From: Macrostomum lignano
Lineage: Eukaryota
Assembly (NCBI GenBank): GCA_002269645.1
Contig: NIVC01001689.1
Coordinates: 1 to 64,000, forward strand
Direction: 5' to 3'
Length of the DNA stretch: 64,000 nucleotides
The notes beneath the pieces were generated by a model that was not told the origin of the DNA, ran no database searches, and worked only from the letters and a program-made list of their open reading frames with translations. This document shows, in pieces, positions 1 to 13,400 of this stretch. Every line of letters starts with the position of its first letter. Position 1 is the first letter of the stretch. A program made the translations under genes and the position numbers.

Positions 1-19
1 GCAAAGCACTGCAGAACTC

Positions 20-260
20 CAAAAAACCACAACAGCAACTCCAATACCACTACAGCAACTCCAAAAACCACAATAGCAACTCAAGACCACTACGGAAACC
101 CCCGAACACTACCGCAAAAACTACACAAACTACTGCAAAATCTACACAAACTACTGCAGAAACTACACAAACTACAGCAGAAACTACACAAACCACAGCA
201 GAAACTACACAAACCATAGCAGAAACTACACAAACCACAGCAGAAACAACACAAACCACT
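20..260. repeat. Degenerate ~21-bp tandem repeat (ACTACAGCAGAAACTACACAA-like)
   Basis: Direct periodicity; the ORFs over it are repeat translations. Confidence 0.85.
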
Positions 261-612
261 GCTATGTTGTTCCACAGCTTCCAAAAGTAGAAAATTTAGC
301 CTGTGTATGAAGTTTGCACACAACAGGTAGTTCTGCAAAACCCGCTTATCTGACGGAGAATATCTTCATTCTAAAGAATAAGCCACGCTAGCAACAAACT
401 GCCCCTGTTATATTATCCTTTCTACCTTTCTAGCCTTCTGAAAAGCGTATCATTTACTTTTATACTGCATTTCTACTATTCATAGGCACACTCTATTACT
501 AAAAAATTAAAACTCAAAGCTGTTTCTGCGAGTGATAAAATGAATGCGACTCACTAGGATGGCTTCCTGCAGCTATGATGGAGGCGTCTTTGCTGAGTGA
601 AGGGCATTCTGT

Positions 613-1335
613 ACTTCTCTGGCACCTCTGCGCCCTTTCTGGCACCTCTGCGCCCTTTCTGGCACCCCTGAGCCCTTTCTGGCACTCATGAACCCTTTCT
701 GGCACTCATGAGCCCCTTCTGGCACCCATGAACCCTTTCTGGCACCCATGAGCCCTTTTCTGACACCCATGAGCCCTTTCTGGCACCCATGAACCCTTTC
801 TGGCACTCATGAGCCCCTTCTGGCACCCATGAACCCTTTCTGGCACCCATGAGCCCTTTTCTGACACCCCTGAGCCCTTTCTGGCACCCCTGAACCCTTT
901 CTGGCACTCATGAGCCCCTTCTGGCACCCATGAACCCTTTCTGGCACCCATGAACCCTTTCTGGCACCCATGAACCCTTTTGGCACCCCTGCGCCCCTTC
1001 TGGCACCCCTGAGCCCTTTCTGGCACCCATGAACCCTTTCTGGCACCCATGAACCCTTTCTGGCACCCATGAACCCTTTTTGGCACCCATGAACCCTTTC
1101 TGGCACCCATGAACCCTTTTTGGCACCCCTGCGCCCCTTCTGGCACGCCTGAGCCCTTTCTGGCACCCATGAATCCCTTCTAGCGCCTATGAACCCTTTC
1201 TGGCACCCATGAACCCTTTCTGGCACCCCTGCGCCTTTTCTGGCACCCATGAACCCTTTCTGGCACCCATGAGCCCTTTCTGGCACCCCTGAACCCTTTC
1301 TGGCACCCATGAACCCTTTCTGGCACCCCTGCGCC
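613..1335. repeat. 20-bp minisatellite (CTGGCACCCATGAACCCTTT)
   Basis: More than 30 near-identical units. Confidence 0.95.
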
Positions 1336-1907
1336 CTTATAGATTCCTTGCACCGTACTATGCGAGGACTGCCTAATACTGAAAAAAGCTGCTTTCAATT
1401 AATTAATCAAAGTCTCCGCAGCCGCCAAGGCTGCCCCATTTGCAGGACAATTTGCAGTTGTTATTCACGTTTGAAAAACTCAAACTAAGTTCTACAGCCT
1501 CCCGAGAGTCGAAGCGAGCAGGAAAAGTAAAAAAGAGTTATTTTGTTTTATCCTGTTGCCTAGGATATTGAATTATGCGAATCAGACAGCTGGTAGCGCA
1601 GCCCTATCATTATTGCGCTGATCCGTACTTCCAACTTCCGGTCTGAAGATGAGAGTCTGTTTGAGCAGGAGGCTAATCAACAGAGAGATGTCGCATTAAG
1701 TACAAGATATCGAAATTGACAACAATTATTTTTCAATTTAGATTATCTTTCAATGCCACCAGGAGGCTGCAGGAGTCGTTTACGGGAAACTCTGCTTTTG
1801 CAACAGGCGGAAAAAAATTTCAGAGGTAAGCCAGCTTTGCAAGGTGTCGGGAAGGTAAACAATGTATCCGGTATAATAAGGATTGTGCGTTGGGGAGAAA
1901 TGCGGTA

Positions 1908-2295
1908 ATGTCAGTAAGGATGTGGGGTGTCAGTAAGGATGTGGGGTGTCAGTAAGGATGTGGGGGTGTCAGTAAGGATGTGGGAGTGTTAGTAAGGATG
2001 TGGGGTGTCAGTAAGGATGTGGGGTGTCAGTGAGGATGTGGGGGTGTCAGTGAAGATGTGGGGTGTCAATAAGGATGTGGGGTGTCAGTGAGGATGTGGG
2101 GTGTCAGTAAGGATGTGGGGTGTCAGTAAAGACGTGGGGTGTCAGTAAGGATGTGAGGTGTCAGTAAGGATATGGGGGTGTCAGTAAGGATGTGGGGTGT
2201 CAGTAAAGACGTGGGGTGTCAGTAAGGATGTGAGGTGTCAGTAAGGATATGGGGGTGTCAGTAAGGATGTGAGAGTGTCAGTGAGGATGTCAGTA
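1908..2295. repeat. 19-20-bp minisatellite (GTCAGTAAGGATGTGGGGT)
   Basis: Direct periodicity. Confidence 0.95.
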
Positions 2296-2784
2296 ATAAT
2301 TTCAGTGAGGAAGTGAGGACAGCAGTGGGAATGTGAAGACATCAGTAGGAGGTTCGTACTTTAGTCGGTGAAAATAAAAAACAGAAGAGTTTCAAGAGAA
2401 AACGAAGCAAAAGTAGCAAAAAGCGGCCGTCTATCTGCCCCACAGCCCGTGCAGCTTCCAGCACTCCATCCTTCCTCCTCTCTCCTTTTTTCCAGGAGGA
2501 AGGGGGGGGGCACGACAAGCCAGTTCTGCAGTTCAGAGGCCTGACAGCCAGATTGAGATGCGTGCAAAATCAATTTTTTGTTATTAAAAAATCGAGCTTT
2601 AAGTTCGCAAACTGGGTTTTAAAAAAATCACGTCTAAAAAGTGAAATCCTTTTTAACTCGACACGAGCTTTGAACTGCATGGGCGGCAAAGGAGTTGATT
2701 TGAACTCAGTAATAGGAACGGCCCAGGCAGGCTCAGAGAAGACAGAAGGAGAAAAACGAGGAGTTGGCTAAAGCTATTTTTTTT

Positions 2785-3355
2785 TTAGAGTAAAAGGAGA
2801 GGAGAGTAGATAGGAGCGGAGATGAGAAGGGAAAGGGAGAGAGGAGAGGAGAGAGGAAAAAGAGGGTACGAGAGGGGAGAGTAGAGAGGAGAGGAGAGAA
2901 AGGAGAGGGGAGGAGAGGAAAAAGGGTAGTAGAGAAAAGCAGAGATGAGATTGGAGATCGAGTAGAGAGAAGAGGAAAGAGAGGAGACGAGACGAGAGAT
3001 GAGAGAAGATGAGAGAAGAGGAGAGGGGAGAGTAGAGAGAAGAGGAGAGAAGAGGAGAGAAGAGGGGAGAGTAGAGAGAAGAGGAGAGAAGAGGAGAGGG
3101 GAGAGTAGAGAGTAGAGAGTAGCAAGGATGAGATGGGAGATGGAGAGTAGAAAGCAGAGGAAAGAGAGGAAACGAGACGAGAGATAAGAGAAGAGGAGAG
3201 GAGAGGAAACGAGACGAGAGATAAGAGAAGAGGAGAGGAGAGGGGAGATGAGAGGAAAGTAGAGAGAAGCAGATGAGAAGGGAGAGAGGAGAGAGGAGGT
3301 AGAGAGAAGCAGATGAGAAGGGAGAGAGGGTAGAGAGAAGCAGAAGCAGAGGCAA
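2785..3355. repeat. AG-rich low-complexity tract
   Basis: Almost purely purine on the + strand. Confidence 0.9.
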
Positions 3356-4028
3356 GGGGAGTATCGCAGGTGGGAGGGGTGGCCGTGGGGAGAGCTCAGA
3401 AGATATAATAAGGAAAAGAGAGGTGCAGATTGAAGCAGGTTAGGAGCAGAGAAAAATACTCACGGAAGAAGAAGTGTCTGAAAAGCATATTCGAGTCGGG
3501 AAAAGCTGATGGACACTCAGTGACGGATAAAGAAGCTTAAAAGCCACAAAAGCATTTTGTTAGAGTCTTTAAAAAGGCAGACAGAAAGTCGCTGTTGGCG
3601 GGGCAGCAGAGGACCGCGGTATTAGGGAAAACGGAAGACTTAACCATTAGGCGGGGAGCGGGCAGTCCCATCCGCATCTGCTCTGCCCCGCGCAGAGCAA
3701 ACTTTTCATGCATAATAAATGCCGTAATTATATAAAAGTATGATTTAGCCTACCATAAGCATATTGCAACTCATACTAATGTATTTAATAAAACTCCTGC
3801 GCAGAAACATAACTCTGGCTGGATGGCATAAGGTAGGCGAAACAGGGAGATGAAAACTTACTCACTTCCTAATAGGGATAATTATACCCTGTCCTGATTG
3901 GCGAGCGCAACGATACGATTAATTAAGATTATGTCAATCAATTCTAAGGTGCCCCAGGCTTCTATTCTGTTAATCTGTAGTTCACCTCGTCCTTTAGGTC
4001 ATTAGAACTTGATACTATGAATTGGAAG

Positions 4029-4975
4029 GTCATGACCCTGTCTTTAGGGCAGTCATGACCTGTGTTTAGGGCAGTCATGACCCTGTGTTTAGGGCAGTCA
4101 TGACCTGTGTTTAGGGCAGTCATGACCCTGTGTTTAGGGCAGTCATGACCCTGTGTTTAGGGCAGTCATGACCCTGTGTTTAGGGCAGTCATGACCATGC
4201 GTTTAGGGCAGTCATGACCCTGTGTTTAGGGCAGTCATGACCCTGTGTTTAGGGCAGTCATGACCCTGTGTTTAGGGCAGTCATGACCCTGTGTTTAGGG
4301 CAGTCATGACCTGTGTTTAGGGCAGTCATGACCATGCGTTTAGGGCAGTCATGACCCTGTGTTTAGGGCAGTCATGACCTGTGTTTAGGGCAGTCATGAC
4401 CCTGTGTTTAGGGCAGTCATGACCCTGTGTTTAGGGCAGTCATGACCCTGTGTTTAGGGCAGTCATGACCTGTGTTTAGGGCAGTCATGACCATGCGTTT
4501 AGGGCAGTCATGACCCTGTGTTTAGGGCAGTCATGACCCTGTGTTTAGGGCAGTCATGACCCTGTGTTTAGGGCAGTCATGACCCTGTGTTTAGGGCAGA
4601 CATGACCCTGTGCTTAGGGCAGTCATGACTCTGTGTTTAGGGCAGTAATGACCTGTGTTTAGGGCAGTCATGACCCTGTGTTTAGGGCAGACATGACCCT
4701 GTGTTTAGGGCAGTCATGACCCTGTGTTTAGGGCAGTCATGACCCTGTGTTTAGGGCAGTCATGACTCTGTGTTTAGGGCAGTAATGACCTGTGTTTAGG
4801 GCAGTCATGACCCTGTGTTTAGGGCAGACATGACCCTGTGCTTAGGGCAGTCATGACTCTGTGTTTAGGGCAGTAATGACCTGTGTTTAGGGCAGTCATG
4901 ACCCTGTGTTTAGGGCAGACATGACCCTGTGTTTAGGGCAGTCATGACCTTGTGTTTATGGCAGTCATGACTCTG
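4029..4975. repeat. 23-bp minisatellite (GTCATGACCCTGTGTTTAGGGCA)
   Basis: About 40 units; palindromic GTCATGAC core. Confidence 0.95.
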
Positions 4976-5002
4976 TACAGCAGTCATAACCCTGTTTCGG
5001 GA

Positions 5003-5200
5003 GGTCATGGCCCTGCTATGAGAGGTCATGGCCCTGCTATGAGAGGTCATGGCCCTTCTATGATAGGTCATGGCCCTGCTATGAGAGGTCATGGTCCTGC
5101 TATGAGAGGTCATGGCCCTGCTATGAGAGGTCATGGCCCTGCTATGAGAGGTCATGGCCCTGCTATGAGAGGTCATGGTCCTGCTATGAGAGGCCATGAC
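5003..5200. repeat. 21-bp minisatellite (GAGGTCATGGCCCTGCTATGA)
   Basis: Adjacent to the 23-bp array and shares its GTCATG core. Confidence 0.9.
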
Positions 5201-6089
5201 CCTGTATTACTAGGTGAGTCGTGACTCCGGCTTATGGAATGTCATAAGCCCAGGCTTCTAGGACATAGCAAGAAAGATTCATATATACTTGTCTTGCAGG
5301 TCCGTGTTTAAACACTAGGTCAGAGTCAATAACTGCAGATACGCTACATTCTACTCTAAACCATGCACCAGTAAAGCGTGAGCGCAAGCAAAAATAAGCA
5401 AGTCAAGTAGAAAAGTTGAATGAAAATTTATTAATATTTGGCCAACTATAGGCTTCAATGTAATAAAGCAGTGAGGAACACCGAGCTCACCATAACAGTA
5501 ATATTCTGCAGTGTTACAGACAGATTCTATTGCCAATAGTTAAGTATACAGAAATAGAATATTCGAAGGAGAGAAATGGCGCACTTTAAGGACACTGGAA
5601 GCTGGACAACTAACCAAGGAAAGACAATTAAATTGCCAAATCTACCGAAATCAGGGCTTAGTAAATTCTGGCAAAGCTAGTTACTATGCATACTAAATTA
5701 TGCACATAGTAAGGTTCATAGCCTTTTATTCTGAACTACTCACAAATTTTTGTCTAAAGCTAATTCCAAAAGATTCCCATCATATACTACTCAGAAAATG
5801 CGTTAAGTAGTGCGCTGTATGGTCCAAAACAATTCTACGAAATAAAAGCGACTTGAGCAACGCACAATTCAGAAGAGTAGGCAGGGTTGAAAGCTTTCTC
5901 TCAGCTAAAATACAGCAAAAAAGATAAAAAAACAGGTCGATCTAAAAGGAAACAAAACAATGTCACTGAGAATCGCTGAAGCTTATTTTCAAAACTATCG
6001 CAGCGTAAGGAAATGATAAAATATGACTGAAAATTGCGCGGCTAAAATGGGACGATAAAATGGCATCTGACTCACATCTGGGCGGCTCC

Positions 6090-6850
6090 CGGTTCTTGGA
6101 GGGCGGATAGGGGGAGGTTCTTGGGGGCGGATAGGGGGAGGTTCTTGGGGCGGATAGGGGGAGGTTCTTGGGGGCGGATAGGGGGGAGGTTCTTGGGAAC
6201 GGATAGGGGGGAGGTTCTTCGGGGCGGATAGGGGGGAGGTTCTTGGGGCGGATAGGGGGGAGGTTCTTGGGAACGGATAGGGGGGAGGTTCTTCCGGGCG
6301 GATAGGGGGGAGGTTCTTGGGGGCGGATAGGGGGGAGGTTCTTGGGGGCGGATAGGGGGGAGGTTCTTGGGGCGGATAGGGGAGAGGTTCTTGGGGCGGA
6401 TAGGGGGAGGTTCTTGGGGGCGGATAGGGGGAGGTTCTTGGGGGCGGATAGGGGGAGGTTCTTGGGGGCGGATAGGGGGAGGTTCTTGGGCGGATAGGGG
6501 GAGGTTCTTGGGGCGGATAGGGGGAGGTTCTTGGGGTGGATAGGGGGAGGTTCTTGGGGTGGATAGGGGGAGGTTCTTGGGGTGGATAGGAGGTGAGCAG
6601 CGGTAATAGAGGTGGATAAAGAGCGGCAGTAGGTGGATAAAGAGCGGCAGTAGAAGTGGATAAAGAGCGGCAGTAGGTGGATAGGGGGAGGTTCTTGGGG
6701 TGGCTAGGGGGAGGTTCTTGGGGTGGATAGGAGGTGAGCAGCGGTAATAGAGGTGGATAAATAGCGGCAGTAGAGGTGGATAAAGAGCGGCAGTAGAGGT
6801 GGATAAAGAGCGGCAGTAGAAGTGGATAAAGAGCGGCAGTAGAGGTGGAT
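6090..6850. repeat. G-rich 22-25-bp tandem repeat (GGCGGATAGGGGGAGGTTCTTGG) grading into a GAGCGGCAGTAGAGGTGGATAAA repeat
   Basis: Direct periodicity with runs of 4-7 G. Confidence 0.9.
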
Positions 6851-6927
6851 AAGCAGTGACTCTAAACTCGGATGCTGATGACAACAAAGGCCATTGAAAA
6901 GCCAGTTGGGTGCGCAGGACAATGAAT

Positions 6928-9900
6928 TCAATCTTGACCTGCAGCAGCCCCTAAAAGCTCCGCAGTCCGCTGCTTGACCCCCAGCGCTCCGAGCCGCTGG
7001 CCGGGTTCCGGGTGCCACAGCGCTTCCAGCAGGCCGTCGGCGAGGACGCGGCAGACGGGACCGCCGGCCAGCCAGGCGTCAGCAGGCAGGGCGGGCCTGG
7101 CGCACCGCGGCCGGCACACCAGCTGGCGCATGTCATCCAGGCTGGGATTGGCTGGCGCCCACTCGGCGTAGGGCAGACTGTAGGGCCCGAGGCAGCGCTG
7201 GCCGACCTCCCACAGCACCAAGCCGAGGGCGTACAAGTCGGCCTGCTGGAGGTTCGCGAAGCTGCCGAGCGCCGGACCGCCGTCAAGGAGCTCCGGGCTC
7301 AGGTAGCGGACAGTGCCAACTCGCCTGCGGTTTCGCACAAAATCAAAGGATTAAAAACCCTTCCCGCAACTTCATGGGAAAGATATACAATTGAACTCAA
7401 TGGGATTAAAATCCCACAACGTAACTCAATGGGGATTCAACTCCCACAATGTAACTCAATGGGAATTAAAATCCCACAATGAAACTCAATGGGGATTCAA
7501 CTCCCACAATGTAACTCAATGGGGATTAAAATCCCACAATGAAACTCAATGGGGATTCAACTCCCACAATGTAACTCAATGGGAATAAAATCCCACAATG
7601 AAACTCATGGGAAAAAAATCCCACAATGTAACTCAGTGGGGATTAAAATCCCCCAATATAACTCAATGGGGATTAAAATCCCACAATGTAATTCATGGGA
7701 ATAAAATCCCACAATGTAACTCAATGGGGATTCAACTCCCACAATGTAACTCAATGGGAATAAAATCCCACAATGAAACTCAATGAGGAATAATATCCCA
7801 CAATGTAACTCAATGGGGATTCAACTCCCACAATGTAACTCAATGGGAATAAAATCCCACAATGAAACTCAATGAGGAATAATATCCCACAATGTAACTC
7901 AATGGGGATTCAACTCCCACAATGTAACTCAATGGGAATAAAATCCCACAATGAAACTCAATGAGGAATAATATCCCACAATGTAACTCAATGGGGATTC
8001 AACTCCCACAATGTAACTCAATGGGAATAAAATCCCACAATGAAACTCAATGTGGATTAAACTTTCACAATGTGACTCATGGGGATTAAACCCCGACAAT
8101 GTAACTCAAAGTGTATTATTAAACTTCCACAATGTGACTCATGGGGATTAAAATCCTAAAATGTAACTCAATGGGGATGAAAATCCCACAATCCAACATG
8201 ACAAAATAATGGGGATTAAGGCCAAAAATCAGTTCAATGAGAATTAAAATTGAAGAGGCAGACAGAGACAGACCTGTCCCCATCCCGCCGCAGCTCGTCA
8301 GTCTCCCTGACGGCCAGTCCGAAGTCCGCCAGGCAGCAGGTGAGGTCGGCCTTCACCAGAATATTATTCGATTTCACGTCGCAGTGCGCGATGCCGGGCT
8401 TAACGAAACCGGCCGAGATGAGCTCGGTGTGCAGGTGGGCCAGGCCGGTCACAATGCTGTGGCACATGCCGGCTGCCACCCGACAGCTGATGCTGTGCTC
8501 CATCAGGTAGGTCTGGCCAATGAGAATGGGGCAGAGTGAATCTCAGCTCTGAGATTATCGCTGACACAGATAATCTTACACCTGTACCGATAGAGTCTGA
8601 GACTATCACTGACACAGATAATCTCACACCTGTACCGATAGAGTCTGAGACTATCATTGACACAGATAATCTTACACCTGTACCCATAGAGTCTGAGATT
8701 ATCACTGACACGGATAATCTCACACCTGTACCGATAGAGTCTGAGATTGTCACTGACACAGATAATCTCACACCTGTACCGATAGAGTCTGAGATTATCA
8801 CTGACACGGATAATCTCCCACCTGTACCCATAGAGTCTGATATTATCACTGACACGGATAATCTCACACCTGTACCGATAGAGTCTGAGATTATCACTGA
8901 CACGGATAATCTCACACCTGTACCGATAGAGTATGAGATTATCACTGACACGGATAATCTCACACCTGTACCCATAGAGTATGAGATTATCACTTACACA
9001 GATAATCTCACACCTGTACCGATAGAGTATGAGACGATCACTGACACAGATAATCTCACACCTGTACCGATAGAGTCTGAGACTATCACTGACACAGATA
9101 ATCTTACACCTGTACCCATAGAGTCTGGGATTATCACTGACACAGATAATCTCACACCTGTACCGATAGAGTCTGAGATTGTCACTGACACAGATAATCT
9201 TACACCTGTACCCATAGAGTCTGAGACTATCACTGACACAGATAATCTTACACCTGTACCCATAGAGTCTGGGATTATCACTGACACAGAGATAATCTCA
9301 CACCTGTACCCATAGAGAATGAGATTATCACTGACACGGATAATCTCACACCTGTACCGATAGTCTGGGATTATCACTGACACGGATAATCTTACACCTG
9401 TACCCATAGAGTATGAGATTATCACTGACACAGATAACCTCACACCTGCACCGACACTATAAGGATATCAAATGACGGAGAATAGCTATGGCTATAAAGG
9501 GCGACCATCCTCAACCCCCAACGCAGCCGCAGACCTGCAGGGACCCGTTGGCATGGTAATCGGTGATCAACCACAGCTGAGTTTCCCAGCCGGCGTCCAC
9601 GTTGTCAATAGCGATGAAGCCCAGGATGCTGGGGTGCGCCAGGCCAGGCGTGGCGTAGATCTCGCCTTCCCGAGACCAGGAGGCCTCCACCCGGCTGTGA
9701 AAAATCTTCACCGCCACCGTGTCGCTGACCTCTCCGGTGCGCCACGTGCCCTGCGATGACAGACGGGAGCAATGGGATTTTGATAGACTTATGTCTGTCT
9801 GTTTTAATGTCTGTCTGTTTTAATGTCTGTCTGTCTGTTTTAATGTCTGTCTGTTTTAATGTCTGTCTGTTTTAATGTCTGTCTGTCTGTTTTAATGTCT

Positions 9901-10379
9901 GTCTGTTTTAATGTCTGTCTGTTTTAATGTCTGTCTGTCTGTTTTAATGTCTGTCCGTCTGTTTTAATGTCTGTTAGTCTGTTTTAATGTCTGTCCGTCT
10001 GTCTGTCCGTCTGTTTTAATGTCTGTCCGTCTGTTTTAATGTCTGTTAGTCTGTTTTAATGTCTGTCCGTCTGTCTGTCCGTCTGTTTTAATGTCTGTCT
10101 GTCTGTTTTAATGTCTGTCTGTTTTAATGTCTGTCTGTCTGTTTTAATGTCTGTCCGTCTGTTTTAATGTCTGTCTGTCTGTCTGTACGTATGTTTTAGT
10201 GTCTGTCTGTCTGTCTGTCCGTATGTTTTAGTGTCTGTCTGTCTGTCTGTTCGTCTGTTTTAGTGTCTGTCTGTATGTATGTCTGTCTGTCTGTATGTCT
10301 GTTTTAATGTCTGTCTGTCTGTTTTAGTGTCTGTCTGTCTTAATGTCTTAGTGTTTGTACGTCTGGCAGTCTGACTATC

Positions 10380-10430
<51 letters not shown>

Positions 10431-10433
10431 TAA

Positions 10434-10472
<39 letters not shown>

Positions 10473-13400
10473 TTGTCCGTCTGTCTCTCTTAGTGTCTGT
10501 ACATCTGTCTGTCTGTCCGGCTGTCTTAGTGACGTTAGTGTATGTCTTACGAGCGTAGAGCCTGGGCTCCAGGCCTCCATCTCTCACCCTGAAAACCTGG
10601 CCAAACCGGCCCTGCCCGACCGGGCAATCCACCGTGGTGTCCCTGGCGATGGTCCGCCTAACCAGGTGCGGATTTCCGTAGCCGCTGCTGGAACAGCCCT
10701 GCTGCTGCTGCTGCCGCCAAACCGACGCCAGCTCATGCTGATGAAGCTGACCCTCGGCCCCAGCCTCCTGCTCCTGGTGCAGCCGCTGCATCAGCACATT
10801 TTGATCTCGCACGCTGTCGGCATCGGCGGCGCCACCCCGCCGGCCTCGGAAGAGCCGCAGCCGGGCCAGCAGGCGGTTCAACTTGTCGCGCCTCGGCAGG
10901 CCGCCGCAGCACCAGCAGGCGAGGACCAGGCCGGCGGCGGCAGTGGCCAGGGCCGCTAGTCCTACGAAGCCGGCGACAGCGCTGGCGAACGCCGAGGCCG
11001 CCGTCCAGCCGCCTGGCTGCCTGGGCGGGCCGAAGCGCAGCTGGCTTAAATTGGAGAGCCGCACCACCTGCTGCTGAGCATCGATCAGCGGCATCGCCTC
11101 GGCCAGGTTGCAGAGACTGCCGTTTTTGCAACAATTTCTGCCCGGCGACAGGTGGCAAAATGAGCCAGCTAGCAGAGACACCGTGGCGTCGGACTCGGCA
11201 GATGGGGAGTCAGCAATTAACTGGCGGCGAGTCAGGCACCTGGGTGTTTTGGGGAGATTAGAGGCATGGGGAGCAGTCTGTCAGCTGGGTGTTTTGGGGA
11301 GATTAGAGGCATGGGGAGCTGTCTGTCAGCTGGGTATTTTGGGGAGATTAGATACATGGGGAGCAGTCTGTCAGCTGGGTGTTTTGGGGAGATTAGAGGC
11401 ATGGGGAAGTCTGTCCATGCTTGGGGCTCAGTAGTCAGGACTCAGCAGAAGGGGCATAACTGCCTGCTCAATGGCTGCAAGTCCTACCTACTTCAAGTAC
11501 TAGCTCAAGTAGGATGGGAAACTACATTTCTTGAAAACATTTAGGAAGCAGGTTTTACCAAAAATACATTACAGAGATAGGGGGTTATAATTTTTTTAGT
11601 ACTCAGGGTTTATCTTTTAATATGTCTTATCTTTTATATAGCTCTATTGATATGCATAAGTTTTTATTTATTTAAGATTCTTTGCTTGTTTTAAATCAGA
11701 CATCTGATTCAGTAAATCATCATATTATTTTAAGTAGCAAAGAATAAAAAACATAGGATTAATTGTCCTGGTTTTTTAAGTACTCCATGATAAAATCCCT
11801 ATTGAAAAGAGTTGCTAAATGATAGACAGCTATCCAGCACATCTAAAAAATGACTGCAGTGCAATACAATGTGACATTTGGTGCTGCGCTTGGAATCCAT
11901 GTCAAAACAGTCAAGCACAGAATGGCCTAAATGTCATAAGTTAGCAAAGTTATTTGGAATGCTTTATGTAACAATGCTGCTTATATGTGCCACCACTGCT
12001 AAAGCAATGCAAAGTGCCAAAAAGTTGCTTTATTGTCACAATGCCTCTTAGGCCCAGGTGTGCACTTGGTGACCCCTTGATATAGCCTATGTACTTTGGA
12101 GAGTGGCCCTTTAGTACATTTTTGCTAGACCCTCTATATGCATCCATGCATTCTTAGATTTTATTTTTAGTACATAGAACTAAAATAGGGAATGAAAGGA
12201 TCATAATCATTTCAATAACTTGACATTTCAGTGACAGTTATTTTGGTGACAAGCAAGTCATTTCAGTGACAAGAAAAATACCCATTGGTGATAGCCATTT
12301 TGTTTTTAAACAGTAAATTACCTTGCAAATCTTAAGGGATATCAAGCCTTAACTTTTTAATAATTTTCTGCAATGGTTGACCATTACTTTATTTAATTTT
12401 GTTTATTTACAATTCTAGAATTGCAATCTTTTGAATTGATATGTTTTCCAATCTAATTCCAATTGTGTCTAGTGAATATATATATCTACTATTCTTGTAG
12501 TTAGGCCCTAGCATTTCATGAAGATTCTCTATAGGTTTATGGTTTTTGTGTCTAAATATTCTGGGACAATTCAAAATGATCTGCACAGAAAGAAAAGCAT
12601 ATAATTAGTTTGATTTCTTTTCCTACATATACTAATCTTTTGATAGAAATTTTCAAATATAAACAAAACATGAATCTTAACAAAATAACTACAAGCTGAT
12701 ATTATTAAGCACTTTCTGTCACTAAAATGACTATAATTATAAATTCTTTATTTTTTAACAAAAACAAAGTTTGTTTATAACAAAAGCAACTTGTCACCAT
12801 AATGACTATTTATCACCAAAAAGTCTGTTACCAAAATGACTTGTCACCAAAATGACCAAAACCTAAATGAAATGACTTACTAGATAAATAAACAAAGTCC
12901 TTAAGGAAGAAGTAATATTAATTTTTACAAGTATATTAGTTTTGCAATAGTTCATACTATTATATTAAAATTTTAAATGTATAAGAAAGTTATTACTATA
13001 AAATTATTAGAAATTATAATTGTAAATATTCAAATATTTGTATATTCACTCAAAATAGACATATGTATAGAAAGAAAGAATAACAAAATTCGAAAAGACC
13101 TCATTGGTTTATGCCGGTTTCCATGCATTTCGGTGCCCGTGCTTTTCGGTGCCCGGCATTTCGGTGCCCCAGATTGCTTTTCGGTGCCTCAATTTATGAC
13201 GCCAAAATGATGATAATAAAAAAGAAATCCAATAAACGTTCAAAATGTTCGATATTCCTAATAAAAGCAGTGTTCATTTTGTTAAGCTGGCACGCTTCTT
13301 AAATTTAGAAAAATCCGGTCAATTTAATTGCATGCATTTGCTGTACAGTACGTAATCATGTAATATACAATACAATCTGGCGGCACTCAGCAAGCGTGCC

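Noticed and set aside
1600-1830. Possible small + strand exons (AG at about 1741, GTAAGC at about 1826)
   Set aside because: Splice-like signals are present, but there is no recognisable protein and no consistent gene model.
8400-9443. Long ORFs over the 48-bp repeat ([16 protein letters not shown])n
   Set aside because: They lie inside a GT-AG intron of the receptor and are open only because the unit is a multiple of 3.
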